The notes beneath the pieces are model-generated. The model saw nothing but the letters and a program-made list of their open reading frames with translations, ran no database searches and was not told the origin of the DNA. From positions 211,988 through 275,987 of the forward strand of contig NW_015159726.1 of assembly GCF_001447785.1 (NCBI RefSeq): a DNA stretch of 64,000 nucleotides, given 5' to 3'. Made by a program: the position numbers and the translations under genes. This DNA is from Gekko japonicus. Taxonomy: Eukaryota. Shown piece after piece: positions 1 to 11,569 of the stretch (position 1 is the stretch's first letter; each line of letters begins with the position of its first letter).

Positions 1-202
1 TTCCCTCTAAGCTGAGTTAGTGTGAGCTAGCTCACAGTTTTTTAGCCTCTGGCCCACACATTTTTGTCTGAGCTCAGGAAGGAGGGCTCCAGAACAAACG
101 AATGTATGCAGCAGCCAAATCACTCGCTCACAACTTTAATGCCAGTAGCTCACAAAGTAGAATTTTTTGCTCACAAGACTCCATAGCTTAGAGGGAACAT
201 TG
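1..202. mobile_element. hAT MITE, CAGTGTTCCCTCTAAG-TIR family (cut by window edge)
   Basis: Ends in CTTAGAGGGAACATTG; near-identical to copies at 6235 and 60421. Confidence 0.85.
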
Positions 203-559
203 ATCCCCTGATGTCTTAAACTTCCCATATATCCTGGCTCCGGATATTAATGTAAAGTTAGGAACAATAAAAACAGCAGTTATCTTTTTGTACACAATAT
301 TCCCACTGATTCAGATGCAACTGACTGTGTGATTCCGATTACATCAACAGTCCTTGAGTTTACAATTCCTCAAGAAGGCTGTGATGTAAAAGATCAGGAT
401 AACTTTTAAACCAGGATTCTCAGACTTGACTCTAAGCATTCTGAATTGGTCAGAAGTTGCTAGTTCAAAAACTGAGGAACATGCAGAACAGCATGAAGGG
501 GGGGGGAATAAAGCCATAAAATAGATTAATTAATGAATTGACTAATTTCATTTCTACCT

Positions 560-769
560 CACATTTATCCTCAGTGGGGACCCAAAACAAATTACAACAT
601 TCTGCTCACCTCCATTTTATTCTCACAACGGTCTTTTGAGGTAGTTTAGGTTGAGAGTATGTGACTGGTGCAAGGCTGCCTAGCAAGCTTCTATTGTGGA
701 GTAAGCATTCGAACCTAAGTCTCCAAGACCCTAGTCCAACACTCTAGCCACTACACCACACTGGCTCTC
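560..769 (-). mobile_element. tRNA-derived SINE (Squam3-like, short/old)
   Basis: Minus-strand head GAGAGCCAGTGTGGTGTAGTGG with B-box GGTTCGAATGC. Confidence 0.65.
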
Positions 770-860
770 AATCAAATCCACCTAAGTATCACATTTGGAT
801 CACATAGATCTGTTTCACTAATGGCTGTGCTCTTTGAGGTGTCAGCAGAAGGCTTCTTCC

Positions 861-988
861 ATTGCAGGAAAGCAGCACTGATAGCAGAACAAGATTGCAG
901 GATCCAAAGCTGCACTGATAACAGAATGAGATTGCAGGATCCAACCTAAAGCCGCACTGATAACAGAACGAGATTCCAGGATCCAACC
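861..988. repeat. minisatellite, ~37-42 bp unit x3
   Basis: GCACTGATA(A/G)CAGAA..AGATT(G/C)CAGGATCCAA repeated three times. Confidence 0.85.
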
Positions 989-1059
989 CACAGATTCTCA
1001 GGCTTTAAAAATGACATATAAAAAATACAAATTCTACAGAAATAGGCATGTTAGTCAAA

Positions 1060-1530
1060 ATAACAAAAGAGTCTTGCCGTATGTCTTACGGCCTAAATTT
1101 TGATGAGCCAGAGTCTACTACATCAGATACATGTAGTGTAAAGGTCAACTGGCCAAAAGTATACCTAGAGTTACAAACAGCAGAAGGGTGGGGTCAGGGA
1201 GGGAGGAAAGCTGTTACAAAGAGAGGCCAGAAAGGCCAGTTTCACAGGTGATGTGTTACAGAGCTCAGGTGAAAACAAGATCTGGTCAAAAGGGTAAACA
1301 ATCCATTCAGAGTGGGTGTGGACCACTCCCAATTGTTGATAAACTGGAAAAAGTGGGTGAATCTGAATAGTACATAAACCTGTTAAGAAGAAACAATTGC
1401 TTTTTTGTAATGAGCTGCCCATTCCAAGTCCCTGTTGAGCCCAAATGGGATAAGTATCAAATCTGCACATGAATTCCACCTCTGCACCTTCTGGGTCTGG
1501 CTCTTTGAAACTTTTCTACTGAAGTACTTC
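1060..1530 (-). mobile_element. degenerate Penelope-like element (GIY-YIG C-terminus + pLTR)
   Basis: Minus strand reads EVEFMCRFDT..GLNRD-type GIY-YIG tail with a frameshift; degenerate GTATCTGATG hammerhead start near 1120-1130. Confidence 0.55.
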
Positions 1531-2371
1531 TATCTTAAAGTCTACTAGAGATTGCGAAGGGAGAAAGAAGCTTCAAATGTCTTATTGGTATGGGGAGGGG
1601 GAGATGATGGAAGGCACCCACTTCAGCCATTTTCTTGCCTGACCCATATTGGCCTACTTTCATCCATGCTGAATGTCTGGGGTGATTGAAATCTGATTTC
1701 CTGGTTTTCCCATTTTGTGTCAGCTTATTCTCTTGCACAGAGACTGTCCTGGTTGACTAACATAAACAGCAGAAGAACACTGCTGGCACACGACAGCATA
1801 TATCACATGAGAGGACGATATGGCTAATATTATTGGGTTGTGTGATAATGTCACTTAGGTGGATATAAGGCCAGAGTGGGGACTGAGCTTTGTTGCAGGG
1901 GCTGATCTCTCTGTTTCTATTTCCACTGGGAGGTACATTGTTGCTGATCAATAGTAGTAGCTGTTTCCCATGTTTATACGGGCTGTGTGTAGCAGACTTC
2001 AGTTTCATTAAATTGAACGAGAGCTCTGTCCTTTTTGGAAGTCCAGGAGCAGGAAAACCTTTCTTAATTTTCACTTTTCAAGTTTCTTGGAGCCCAAGGC
2101 AAAGAGCTCGAACATTCAAGCCTTTTTATCACAAGGTGAAGGCATTGAACAAATAGGCAGTCAAACATTTAGTGACAATTCTTAATGTGACAACCCAAGG
2201 TATCAGACTGCAGCACATATGCATAGGAGGAAAAGTCTCCTGTCAGGAAAAAGCACAATATTGCTGACCATGATAACAGTATTTAACATGCATGCACACA
2301 GTGCTTCACCTATATGGCTACAGGTTTTATGCAGCACAAATAGTGACTTTGCTTCTAATAATAATAATAAT

Positions 2372-2636
2372 AAGAGAAGAGATTGGATTTATACTCTGCT
2401 CTTCACTCAGAGTGGCTTACAAACTCCTTTGCCTTCCCCTCCCCCCAACAGACACCCTGTGAGGTAGGTGGGGCTGAAAGAGCTCTGAGAGAACTGCTCT
2501 TTCAAGGACAGCTCTGACAAAACTATGGCTTGGCAAAGGTCATCCAACAGCTGCAAGTGGAGGAGTGGGGAATCAAACTCAGTTCTCCCAGATTAGAGTC
2601 CACACATTTAACCACTACACCACACTGGCTCTCTCT
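2372..2636 (-). mobile_element. Squam3-type SINE
   Basis: tRNA head, CCCCACCTACCTCACAGGGTG core, ATAAATCCAATCTCTTCT tail. Confidence 0.85.
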
Positions 2637-3906
2637 CTCCCACTCACCCCTCGTCCTAAGCTGTAAAATGTAAGGTTTCTAACTAACATTCATTTGTACA
2701 TTCTTTATTTACAATCCAGAGATCAAACAACATTATAACGACAGTCTGCATCTAGTACACACTGCATAAAAGCATAAACATTAAAGAAAATTAAATTTTA
2801 AAATACCTTCCTATACCTACTAGGTGTTGAGAGTATGGGTTATCAGCTTCCTTGTGGATAAGACCCTTAGCACAGAACTTGGCCACTTTAATGTCACACT
2901 TCAATTATCAGCAAGGAGGGGGAAAATATATCCAATCTACCTGAGAACTTAGATAGAATAAGGGTGAGGTATATGGAACACATGTCCTTGTAGAATTTCA
3001 GTATAGTAATACATGCTCAACTGTTTCGACTGTGCTGGATTGTGGCAGGGGCAAAGGCGCTGGGAGTATGGAATGCGTGCAGGTATCTCCCTCCTAGAAG
3101 CACTGAGGGCAAAAAATTAAGCTGGACCAGAGCGAAGTCTCTGTAGTATTTGGAGAACTGAGGTGGCTTCTGCATAGCCCTGTTCTGTCCCATCACCTAT
3201 GAAAAATTCCTGACAAAGAACATGGACCAAACTGATCTCACCAGCAGTAAATGAGTCTAAAGCATTGTACAGTCACTGCTGCAGGCTAAACTGTAAAGCC
3301 TTGTCTGTGAATGTATTAAAAGGTCAACATTTTCAAGCCAATGGAACTAGATTCTAGTGTGGGAGTCTGGTACAAAAGATCTTATTCTTTCCAGCCTTAA
3401 TTGTTTCTGACCTTTTTCTTACTCTGCTGTGTCCTTACTTGGGAGTAAGCGCCATTCAGTTCTGTGGAAATTACTTCCACATAAATATACACAGGATTGT
3501 ACAGCATGCGCTCAACTTTAAGCATATTCTGAATTCTGCATATTCTAAACTCTTGCAGGAAAGACCAGTTTTGAGCTTGGATGTGGGTTAGAACAGCTAA
3601 GATCACAGCCTTAAGTCTTTATTCCCCTTTATTGGTATACTAGGAGTAATGCCCGCTGTGGGAAGAAATACAACGAGATCTAGAAGGAAGCTCCAGATGA
3701 GTGTCCCGACTGTGGCTGGTGGGGCAGCAGAGGGAAGCGGAAAATGGAGGGAGGCAAGCCATGTTTCTTTCCTTCTGCTTAGCTTTAAGGCAGGGCTGTC
3801 TCAAGTCATTTTGCTGCCCCAAGTGGGTAGAATGGGAGGACAGCCTCATGGTAACAGATACGGTTCTCTCCACCTCTGACTTATTTTTTGAGGGGGAGGG
3901 GGGTGT

Positions 3907-4465
3907 TATGCAGTGGCAGCTAAGGTAGAAAAGCACCTCCTCCTGTGCCATGTTTTCTGGGTTCCAAGGGTCTGGAAATTAGTTCCATAGCTGATTACAT
4001 GGTTGCCAACTCTGGATTGGGAAATACCTGTAGATTTGAGGGGTAGAGCCGGGGGAGGGCAGGATTTGAGGTGTAGGTCACAGAATCCACTGCCCAAAGC
4101 AGCCATTGTCTCCAGGAGACATCTGGACATCAGTTTTAATAGCTGGAGATCTCCAGGTGCCACCTGGAGGGTGGCTTATGTTAATTTGGGGCTATGCAGT
4201 CACAGCTAAGGTAGAAAAGCACCTCCTCCTGTGCCATGTTTTCTGGGTTCCAAGGGTCTGGAAAGTGGTTCCATAGCCAATTACATGGTTGCCAACTCTG
4301 GGTTGGGTAATACCTGTAGATTTGAGGGATAGAGCCTGGGGAGGGCAGGATTTGGGCTGGGGAGGGACCTCAGCAGGGTATAATGCCATAGAATCTACTG
4401 CCCAAAGCAGCCTTTGTCTCCAAGAGAACTGATCTGGGTCATCTGGACATCAGTTTTAATAGCTG
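3907..4465. repeat. tandem duplication, ~286-bp period, each unit containing a hAT MITE piece
   Basis: CAGCTAAGGTAGAAAAGCACCTCCTCCTGTGCCATGTTTTCTGGGTTCCAAGGGTCTGGAAA shared by the units starting at 3907 and 4193. Confidence 0.9.
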
Positions 4466-4979
4466 AAGCCCTGACTGCTACGTCACATTGGCTGTCATAC
4501 AGGGGCCATCTCAGCAGGATATAAAGACACAGAGTCCACCATTTTCTCCAGGGGAACTGATCTCTGCCATCTGGAAAGCAGTTGTAATTCTGAGTGATCT
4601 TTAGCCCTCACCTGGAGATTTGCAACCATGGTTTCCCCCAACAGACACTAAGGGGAAATTTATTTTACCTCAGAACATCAACAGCAAACTGTTTAGAATG
4701 TTAGAGGGAAAGGCCAGTGAGGCTGCATATGCAAACGATCTCTGTGTTCTGAGGCAAAGGCGAATCAGGTCACATATGCAAATGACCTCTGTGTTCTGAC
4801 TGGCTGTGGGGGGGAGAGGAACAGCAAACTGTTTAGAATGTTGGAGGCAGGACTCAGGCAAAGCAGCCAGTGGATAGGGAGACCCTCTGAATGACAGATC
4901 AGAGAGTGAACTGATTTTGGAGCATGTTGGAATGTTCAGGGGAGTCCATGACCAAAATAGAATTATATATACCGGAGGA
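4463..4979 (-). mobile_element. truncated copy of the non-autonomous Helitron at 19596-20536
   Basis: 4463-4937 aligns to 20056-20493; possible A|TC 5' end at 4979; no 3' hairpin/CTAG. Confidence 0.65.
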
Positions 4980-6157
4980 TTTATACCCTGCTCTTCTCCC
5001 CAGTGGGGGAAACACCACTGTCTCAGTTGCAACTTCACAGGCCCTACAGATGCCTATTCCCAGGCTACAGCCTTGATTTCAATGTGAGATACAGTTGGTA
5101 ATGTCTACTTTGGTTTTCTGAGTGGCAGTTTTTCACCTGCTCCTGATTCCCAGGATTTAAGTTCTAGACAAGCTCTGGAACGTCAACATTAGGGCATCAA
5201 AACTCCATCAATCAAAGGGACAGCTGTTTGAAGATCTACTATGGTAGAAGAATGGACAGAACTATAAAGCTACCTTTGAAATTAAAATGAGGGGTTACTT
5301 CAGAAGAGATTGGATTTATCCCCGCCCTTCACTACCCAGAAGAGCCCAAGAGTGTCTGTCAGGAGCATCCATCTGGATTCACAGGAGGATACTTGGCTTG
5401 GACCCTCCCAACAGTTTGTGATTGGCCCCAACCCCCACGGCAGCCATTTTGTGGTGGTGCCAGCTACCTGTTTTCAAAATTTCAGAAGTACCAACAAGTC
5501 AAGGACTCCTGTATTACCATAACATTTGATTAGAGCATGCATCAGGCAGAAGTAAGTTACTATCTCTTTCTTTAAAAATTGAAAAGAAAAAGAGAGAGAA
5601 ATTAATCAATGCCACAACTCTGTACATTTAAATTCCGCCTGGATGACATTTCCTCCCACTTTAATTGCTTCCATACAATTTATATCTGCTAGTCACGCTA
5701 GGCCCCAGAATGCTCAATATGCTTTCTACAAAGGAGCTCTTGTCCTATAATAACCTCAATAATCAAAGTGAAGGAATTATAGGAAAGGCAGAGCAGCCAG
5801 AGTGAAATAAACAGGTTTTCAACTGTATCCAAAGCACACTTCAAACAGGCAAGTCCAGTCTAACCGTAGGTTCTTCCATTAGGGCCGAGAGAGAGATTAG
5901 AAGAAAACTGGATAACTGTTAGATTGTATGCAGACCCTACATGTTCAGACACAGCTGGAATGAGATATGCGGATCAACAGCAGAATGCCATGCCAACTTC
6001 AGCCAGTTAGAGCAGGACAGCTTGGAGGTGCTTAGAGAGGGACTTGAGTTTCCTTCAGATGGAAATCTTTTTAAATGAGTTTAGAAACCGGCAACAAGTT
6101 CAGCATATTACAGCCCCATGGGGGAAAAGCTGGTAGGTTCTTCCTTCTTGTGCGTAG

Positions 6158-6545
6158 GTGTAAAGTGCTGACAAGTTGCAACCAAGTTATGGAGACCCTG
6201 TAGGGTTTGCCACGGTCTGCCTCTGTGTAGCCACCAGTGTTCCCTCTAAGCTGAGTTAGTGTGAGCTAGCTCACAGCTTTTTAGCCTCCGGCTCACACAT
6301 GTCTCAGCTCAGGAAGGATGTGGCTCCAGAGCAAACGGATTTATGCAGTAGCCAAATTGCTTATTCACAACTTTAATGCCAGTAGCGAACAAAGTAGAAT
6401 TTTTGCTCACAAGACTCCACCGCTTAGAGGGAACATTGGTAGCCACCCTGGCATCCCTTGGAGGCCTCCCATCCAAACACTACCTAGAGCTGGCCCCTCT
6501 TTACCTTCCGAGATCTGACAAAATTGGGCTAGCCAGGGCTATTCC
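6158..6545 (-). mobile_element. 5S rRNA-headed SINE interrupted by a hAT MITE
   Basis: Minus strand CAGATCTCGGAAGGTAAAG...TTGGATGGGAGGCCTCCAAGGGATGCCAGGGTG resembles 5S rRNA. Confidence 0.7.
6235..6438. mobile_element. hAT MITE, CAGTGTTCCCTCTAAG-TIR family
   Basis: TIRs CAGTGTTCCCTCTAAG/CTTAGAGGGAACATTG; perfect 8-bp TSD GTAGCCAC. Confidence 0.92.
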
Positions 6546-6559
6546 TTCTTTAGTATACC

Positions 6560-6770
6560 CAGGGGTCATTTCGTAGAAAAAGAGCTAGGAGGTCTCATTA
6601 GCATAACTCATTAGCATATGCCACACCCCCTGACATCACCGGAAGTGTGTCCCCCCCACAGCCGGTGGCGACCTCCAGCGGGCACCAGCAGGGAGCTCCA
6701 GGCCCCGCCCTCCCGCACCTCACCCGGGGGGGATGGCGTCCCCCCGCGTCCCCCCCCAAAATGACCCCTG
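6560..6770. mobile_element. hAT MITE, CAGGGGTCATTT-TIR family
   Basis: Both TIRs present; subterminal CTCATTAGCATA x2; no TSD match. Confidence 0.75.
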
Positions 6771-6811
6771 AACCACATGTCCTCTGATCCCAAACAACAA
6801 CAACAGCAGCA

Positions 6812-7139
6812 TAGGGTTGCCAAGTCCCCCCAGGGGCCCGTTCCCCAGCGACGGGGATTGGGCCGCCGGGGGGGGACCCCACCCCCAAAGTGCATGACGT
6901 GCCCGGCATGAACATATCACCCGGAGGTGACACAATCGCGTCGGGCATGTTGCGGGGGGACGCTCTATCATCCAAGGGAAAACTCTGTTTTTCCCTAGGA
7001 TGATTGTGGCCCCGCCCCCAACTTGCACGACGCGATCGCATCACTTCTGGGTGATGTGATAGCGGCGCGTGCACCAGGAAGCTCCCAGGGATATCCAGGA
7101 CTCCCCTCGCTATTACGAAGGTAGGACTTGGCAACCCTA
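6812..7139. mobile_element. hAT (Blackjack-like) MITE, TAGGGTTGCCA TIR
   Basis: TIRs TAGGGTTGCCAAGTCC/GGACTTGGCAACCCTA; TSD CAGCAGCA/CAACAGCA. Confidence 0.8.
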
Positions 7140-7163
7140 CAACAGCAGCAGCAGGAGGAGGAG

Positions 7164-7428
7164 GAGATTGGATTTATACCCCACCCTTCACTACCTGAAG
7201 GAGTCTCAGAGCAGTTTACAATCCTTTTCCCTTTCCCTCCCCACAACAGACATTCTGTGAGGTAGGTGGGGCTGAGAGAGCACTCTAGAGAACTGTCCTT
7301 GAGAGAACAGCTCTGAAAGAACTTATGACTGACCCAAGGTCACACTAGCAGCTGCATATGGAGGAGTGGGGAATCAAACCCGGTTCTCCCGGATTAGAGT
7401 CTGCACTCTTAACCACTACACCAAACTT
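7164..7428 (-). mobile_element. Squam3-type SINE
   Basis: Same head/core/tail as the 2372 copy. Confidence 0.85.
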
Positions 7429-7719
7429 AGTTGAGTGAAATCGGTCACCATTATGGAGGTTTAAAAAATACTCCAATAACTGTGATCATTGGTTTCTCAT
7501 TATTTTTTTCATATCCTTCCCCATTTAAGTGTTTGAGGTATTGTGAGGAGTCACTCTTACACCCCTTCCTATGAAGTTGCCTTACACCACTAATGTATCC
7601 TGCCTAGCTGAGCCTAGGACTGTTTGGCAGCATTTGCTCAGACACCGAGCTTTGGCTGCTTCCTGTCCAGAGCCTGTGAGAATCCTCATCAAGTTCACAT
7701 ACACAGAATCCTCAAAGCC

Positions 7720-8175
7720 CAGAGGTCATTTCGGGGGGGGGAACACAGTTCCCCCGGGTGAGGTACGGGGGCGGGGCACATGACGAAGCCCCGCCCCCTG
7801 CTTCCAGCCACCCCGCTTCCGGCCCTCATTCAGCCAGGAGGAGGCAGGAGAAGAGGGAGGGTAAGTTGCTTCCTCCTTGCCTCTCCCCACCCCTGCCTGC
7901 CTGGGGCCAGGGAGGGCCTTCGCGGGGCTTCCTTGCACTCCCGCCGGCCTTGCAGGTCCACCACCGGGCCCCTCATGGGGCTCGGCAGTGGAGCTGCAAG
8001 GCCGGCAGCGGCAGCCAGGACCGTTGGGGGCGGGGTGTGTGGCTTTATGACACATTTCCGGTGATGTCAGGGGGTGTGGCCTTATGACACTTCCGGTGAT
8101 GTCAGGGGGTGTGGCATATGCTAATGAGTTATGCTAATGAGTTCCCCTAGCTCTTTTTCTGCGAAATGACCCCTG
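7720..8175. mobile_element. hAT MITE, CAGGGGTCATTT-TIR family
   Basis: TIRs plus perfect 8-bp TSD TCAAAGCC. Confidence 0.9.
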
Positions 8176-8959
8176 TCAAAGCCCATTGCTCTAGGAATAC
8201 AACTCACACCAGTCCAGGTCCATCACAGTTTGGAAGCATGAAATAACTGCAGCTACTTCTCCTGAGCATGTGAATAAACGAGAACAGAGATGACTCATGA
8301 ACAAAAGGTGAGGACCCGAGTGATGCAAGGAATGGAAAAGGCATGAAGTCCTGTGCAGGTAGGATTACTGACTCATTTACAGTGAAATTTCCCAGCTGAT
8401 TAGAGCAACATGTAGGAAGGGAGAGAGGTGACCCACATCTAAATCACCTGATATACAATATGTCAACTGCTGTTCGGGGAAATCTCAGATTTCCTATATC
8501 TTCTTGTGAAATAAGTACAGAGTCTTAGAGACTTACAAGATGGGGAACCCACAAGAATCCACAGCGAAGGGGAGACCCTGTCCCCATCACTGGCTCCTGT
8601 TCCACCCCACTTTCATCTTCATTTCTTCCCCAGTCCCCATCTCTACTTTCCTCAGCTCTGCTTGCCCAGCCTCCCTCTTGTTGGCTCCTTTCCTGTCCCT
8701 GTTCCACAGCTTTGTCACTATTAACACCCCCCCCCCATGCTCTGGTTTGGTTCCTTCCCCCACTTCCTCCTCCTCTTTTGAGTCACTACACCGTGTGTAT
8801 CCTTGCAGTATCTGGGGATATCACCCTTATTGGAATTTTTTATTTCCTTATTTTTTTAATGAACAAAAAAGATTTTTCAGCAAACCTGGGAACCCTACAT
8901 TGTAACCAAGGCTGGCCTCCATCTTGCAGACCTTTTGATCTCCACAGTAGCCAGCCCAT

Positions 8960-9392
8960 GGCCCCGGTCACATGAGAGGATTTGCCCCGCGAAACGGACA
9001 GGTTGAGGGCAGATTAAACCGGTGTGATCAGATGCCAACATCTGGCAAGCATCACGCACCTGCCCCCAACCTGTCCGTTCTGGCTGAAAACACGGATTTA
9101 AAAGATACCAGCAAAACACTACTACCTACTTGGAAACACGCAGCACGGGCGGCCGTGTGATTGCCAACGCACCCATAGCCCGTGGTATGTGAGGCCCTGC
9201 ATGTGCACAACTGCGCAGCTGCCTCGCCTCGCCCTTTGTCCCATCGCTTCCCCCTCGGCATGTGATCGTGGTGGGGAGCAAATGCAGCTCGGCTTGGGAG
9301 ATCTGTCTGATCCCGATGCCGCGCTTCAATTTGCTGCGCCTCTAAAAAGCCGCACTCCTGCCATGGCTTTTCCCGCTAGTGTGACCAGGGCC
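8960..9392. mobile_element. PIF/Harbinger-like MITE
   Basis: TIRs GGCCCCGGTCACA/TGTGACCAGGGCC, flanking CAT; internal hairpin; related partial copy at ~16857-17060. Confidence 0.65.
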
Positions 9393-10354
9393 CATGACTA
9401 TTAGAAGGACAGATGATTTCTACTGCTATATCTTGTTGCATAAAGGATTAGGAAGCAACTTTTCCCAAAGGCTCCCTGGTGCCAGTTCTGGAATTGGGAT
9501 TACTCATGCTGGTAAGAATAGACTATGCAGGATGAGTAAAGCAAGTGTGCCAGAAGCCTACACTTTCCTTCACTAAAACTCCTTGGCAGATAGTGTTGGT
9601 GTAACAGGCCTGATCTCTTTATCAAGGTGAAGAGATTAGGAGCTGGCTATGGGACCCTGTGCTCCTTTTTGTCAACCCCTCCCTCACACCATAACCATGA
9701 TTAAGGGATGTGTTGGCACTGTCATTAGCAGTCTGTTAAGTCTAATCAAGAATTTAAGCTAGTTAACATTCCTGCTTAAGTGGAATCTGAATTGTGATTC
9801 ACACAGGTGCCAACATTTATTTAAAACATTTTTACCCTGCACTGAGGCCTGTTCAGGCACAAGTTAACATATATCCTCCATATATTCACTGTTGTGTGCA
9901 AGTGCTGGGTAGGGTTACCAACCTCATGATGGATCCTGAATTTCTCCCAGAACAACCACTAATCTCCAGACAACATAAATCAGTTCTCCTAGAGGACACA
10001 GCAGCTTCTGAGGGAAGAGGCTATGGTATATGGTAGCTTCTAAGAGAAATGGAAATTCTGGTTACAGAGGGTGGATGCTCTAGGACTTCTGCTTCTCCTA
10101 TGGTATACCATAGACACTCTGTGGTATACCACAAAGACTAGGAGAAACTGATCAATTGCCACCTGTTAGACACAGAAAGCCAGAGGTCAGTTGGGGATCA
10201 AGAGAGTGATGTGAATGAATACTGTTGGCTAGCATCCTCCTATGGGTTTTGAAAGAGTATTTTTCTCCTTAACACTGAGGAAAACCTGAAGAGGATTTTG
10301 AAATGGTTTTATTTTAGGGTGAGTGGAACATCACTGAACAGCATCCAGTTATAC

Positions 10355-10683
10355 CAGGTATGTCCAACAGTTAGATCGTGATCTACCAGTAGATCGCGGA
10401 GGGGTCAGAGGTAGATCACCAGCCCCACTTGGTCTCCTGGTTTGCTGGACTCAATAAAAAATAAAAATGTTCGCAGTTCTTCTCTGTTTTGTTTTCGCTT
10501 ACTTTGCTTACCAGTAAATGACAGAAGTTGCATTATAAATGTCCCCCCCCCGGTGGAACCCAACTTTAGTGGGTTAAAATCTAATTTGAAACTAATTTGA
10601 AACTTTATTTTCATGGTGGTAGATCACCGGCACTTTTGGCCGGAAAAAACAGATCACTACCTGTTCGAAGTTGGACATGCCTG
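10355..10683. mobile_element. hAT MITE
   Basis: TIRs CAGGTATGTCCAAC/GTTGGACATGCCTG; perfect TSD AGTTATAC. Confidence 0.9.
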
Positions 10684-11079
10684 AGTTATACCATCACAAA
10701 TATGTAGGATCAAAAAGTTAATATGACATACTTAATACATGCATACAGAAGCCTCCAAGCGATGCAAGGTGGAAGAAAAAAGACAGAAGGGATAGCACTA
10801 TAAGGAAGGAAATTTAAATTCAAAAACTGAATTTGGTGGGAAGAGAAGTGGCATTATTGGAAAGAGTTGGAGGAGCTAACCTTTGGCCTGGATGTGACGC
10901 TACAGGTTGTGAAATCATATCCCTGCTGAGCACCCTCCTCGCCTCAAGTTCCAACAACTCCGAGCACTAACATTGCCAACTCTGGGTTGGGAAATATCTG
11001 AAGATTTTGGAGGCGGAGCCTGAGGAGGGCTGGGGTGGTTTGGGGAAGGGAAGAACTTCGATGGGGTATAATGCCATGG

Positions 11080-11569
11080 TAGGGATGCCAGTCCCCAGGT
11101 GGGGGATCCCCTGATTTTTGGGGCTCCCCTCAGATGCCAGCCAGGTGGCTGGTGAGGGGAAGCCTCACCCCAACAGTCATCCGCAGCTCCGCTTGAAAAA
11201 ATCAGGCAATGTGCGCGCCTGGCCTGCAAGTGGTGAATTTGCGGCTTGAAGGGCAGGCACCCGCGGCACCCATTCCTTTCAAGTGAGAGCTGCCTGCTCC
11301 TGCCCTGCAAGTGACAAATTTGCAGTTTGCAGGGCAGGCATGTGGGGCAGCTGCTCTTTTCAAGTGGGGCACATGCGCACCTGCCCTGCAAGGGGCAAAT
11401 TTGTGGCTTGTAGGGCAGGCACATGTGGTGCCCACTTCCCCCCCCCCCAATCATACACGCACAGCACTGTGTCCCAATGCGATGATGTCATTCTGCATGA
11501 CATTATTGCGCCCTCCCCCTCCCGGAACACCCCCCCAATCCCCCTGGTGGGGAGGACCTGGCGACCCTA
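11080..11569. mobile_element. Blackjack-like hAT MITE nested in a related MITE (~10972-11690)
   Basis: TAGGGATGCCA/TGGCGACCCTA ends, perfect TSD TGCCATGG, three ~60-bp internal repeats. Confidence 0.85.

Noticed and set aside
861-988. CRISPR-like repeat array
   Set aside because: No unique spacers; vertebrate minisatellite
1760-2135. Possible solo LTR (TATA-like and ATTAAA motifs)
   Set aside because: No TG...CA ends with TSD could be identified
6598-8087. Cluster of 60-180 aa ORFs
   Set aside because: Lie over GC-rich MITEs and SINEs; not protein-like
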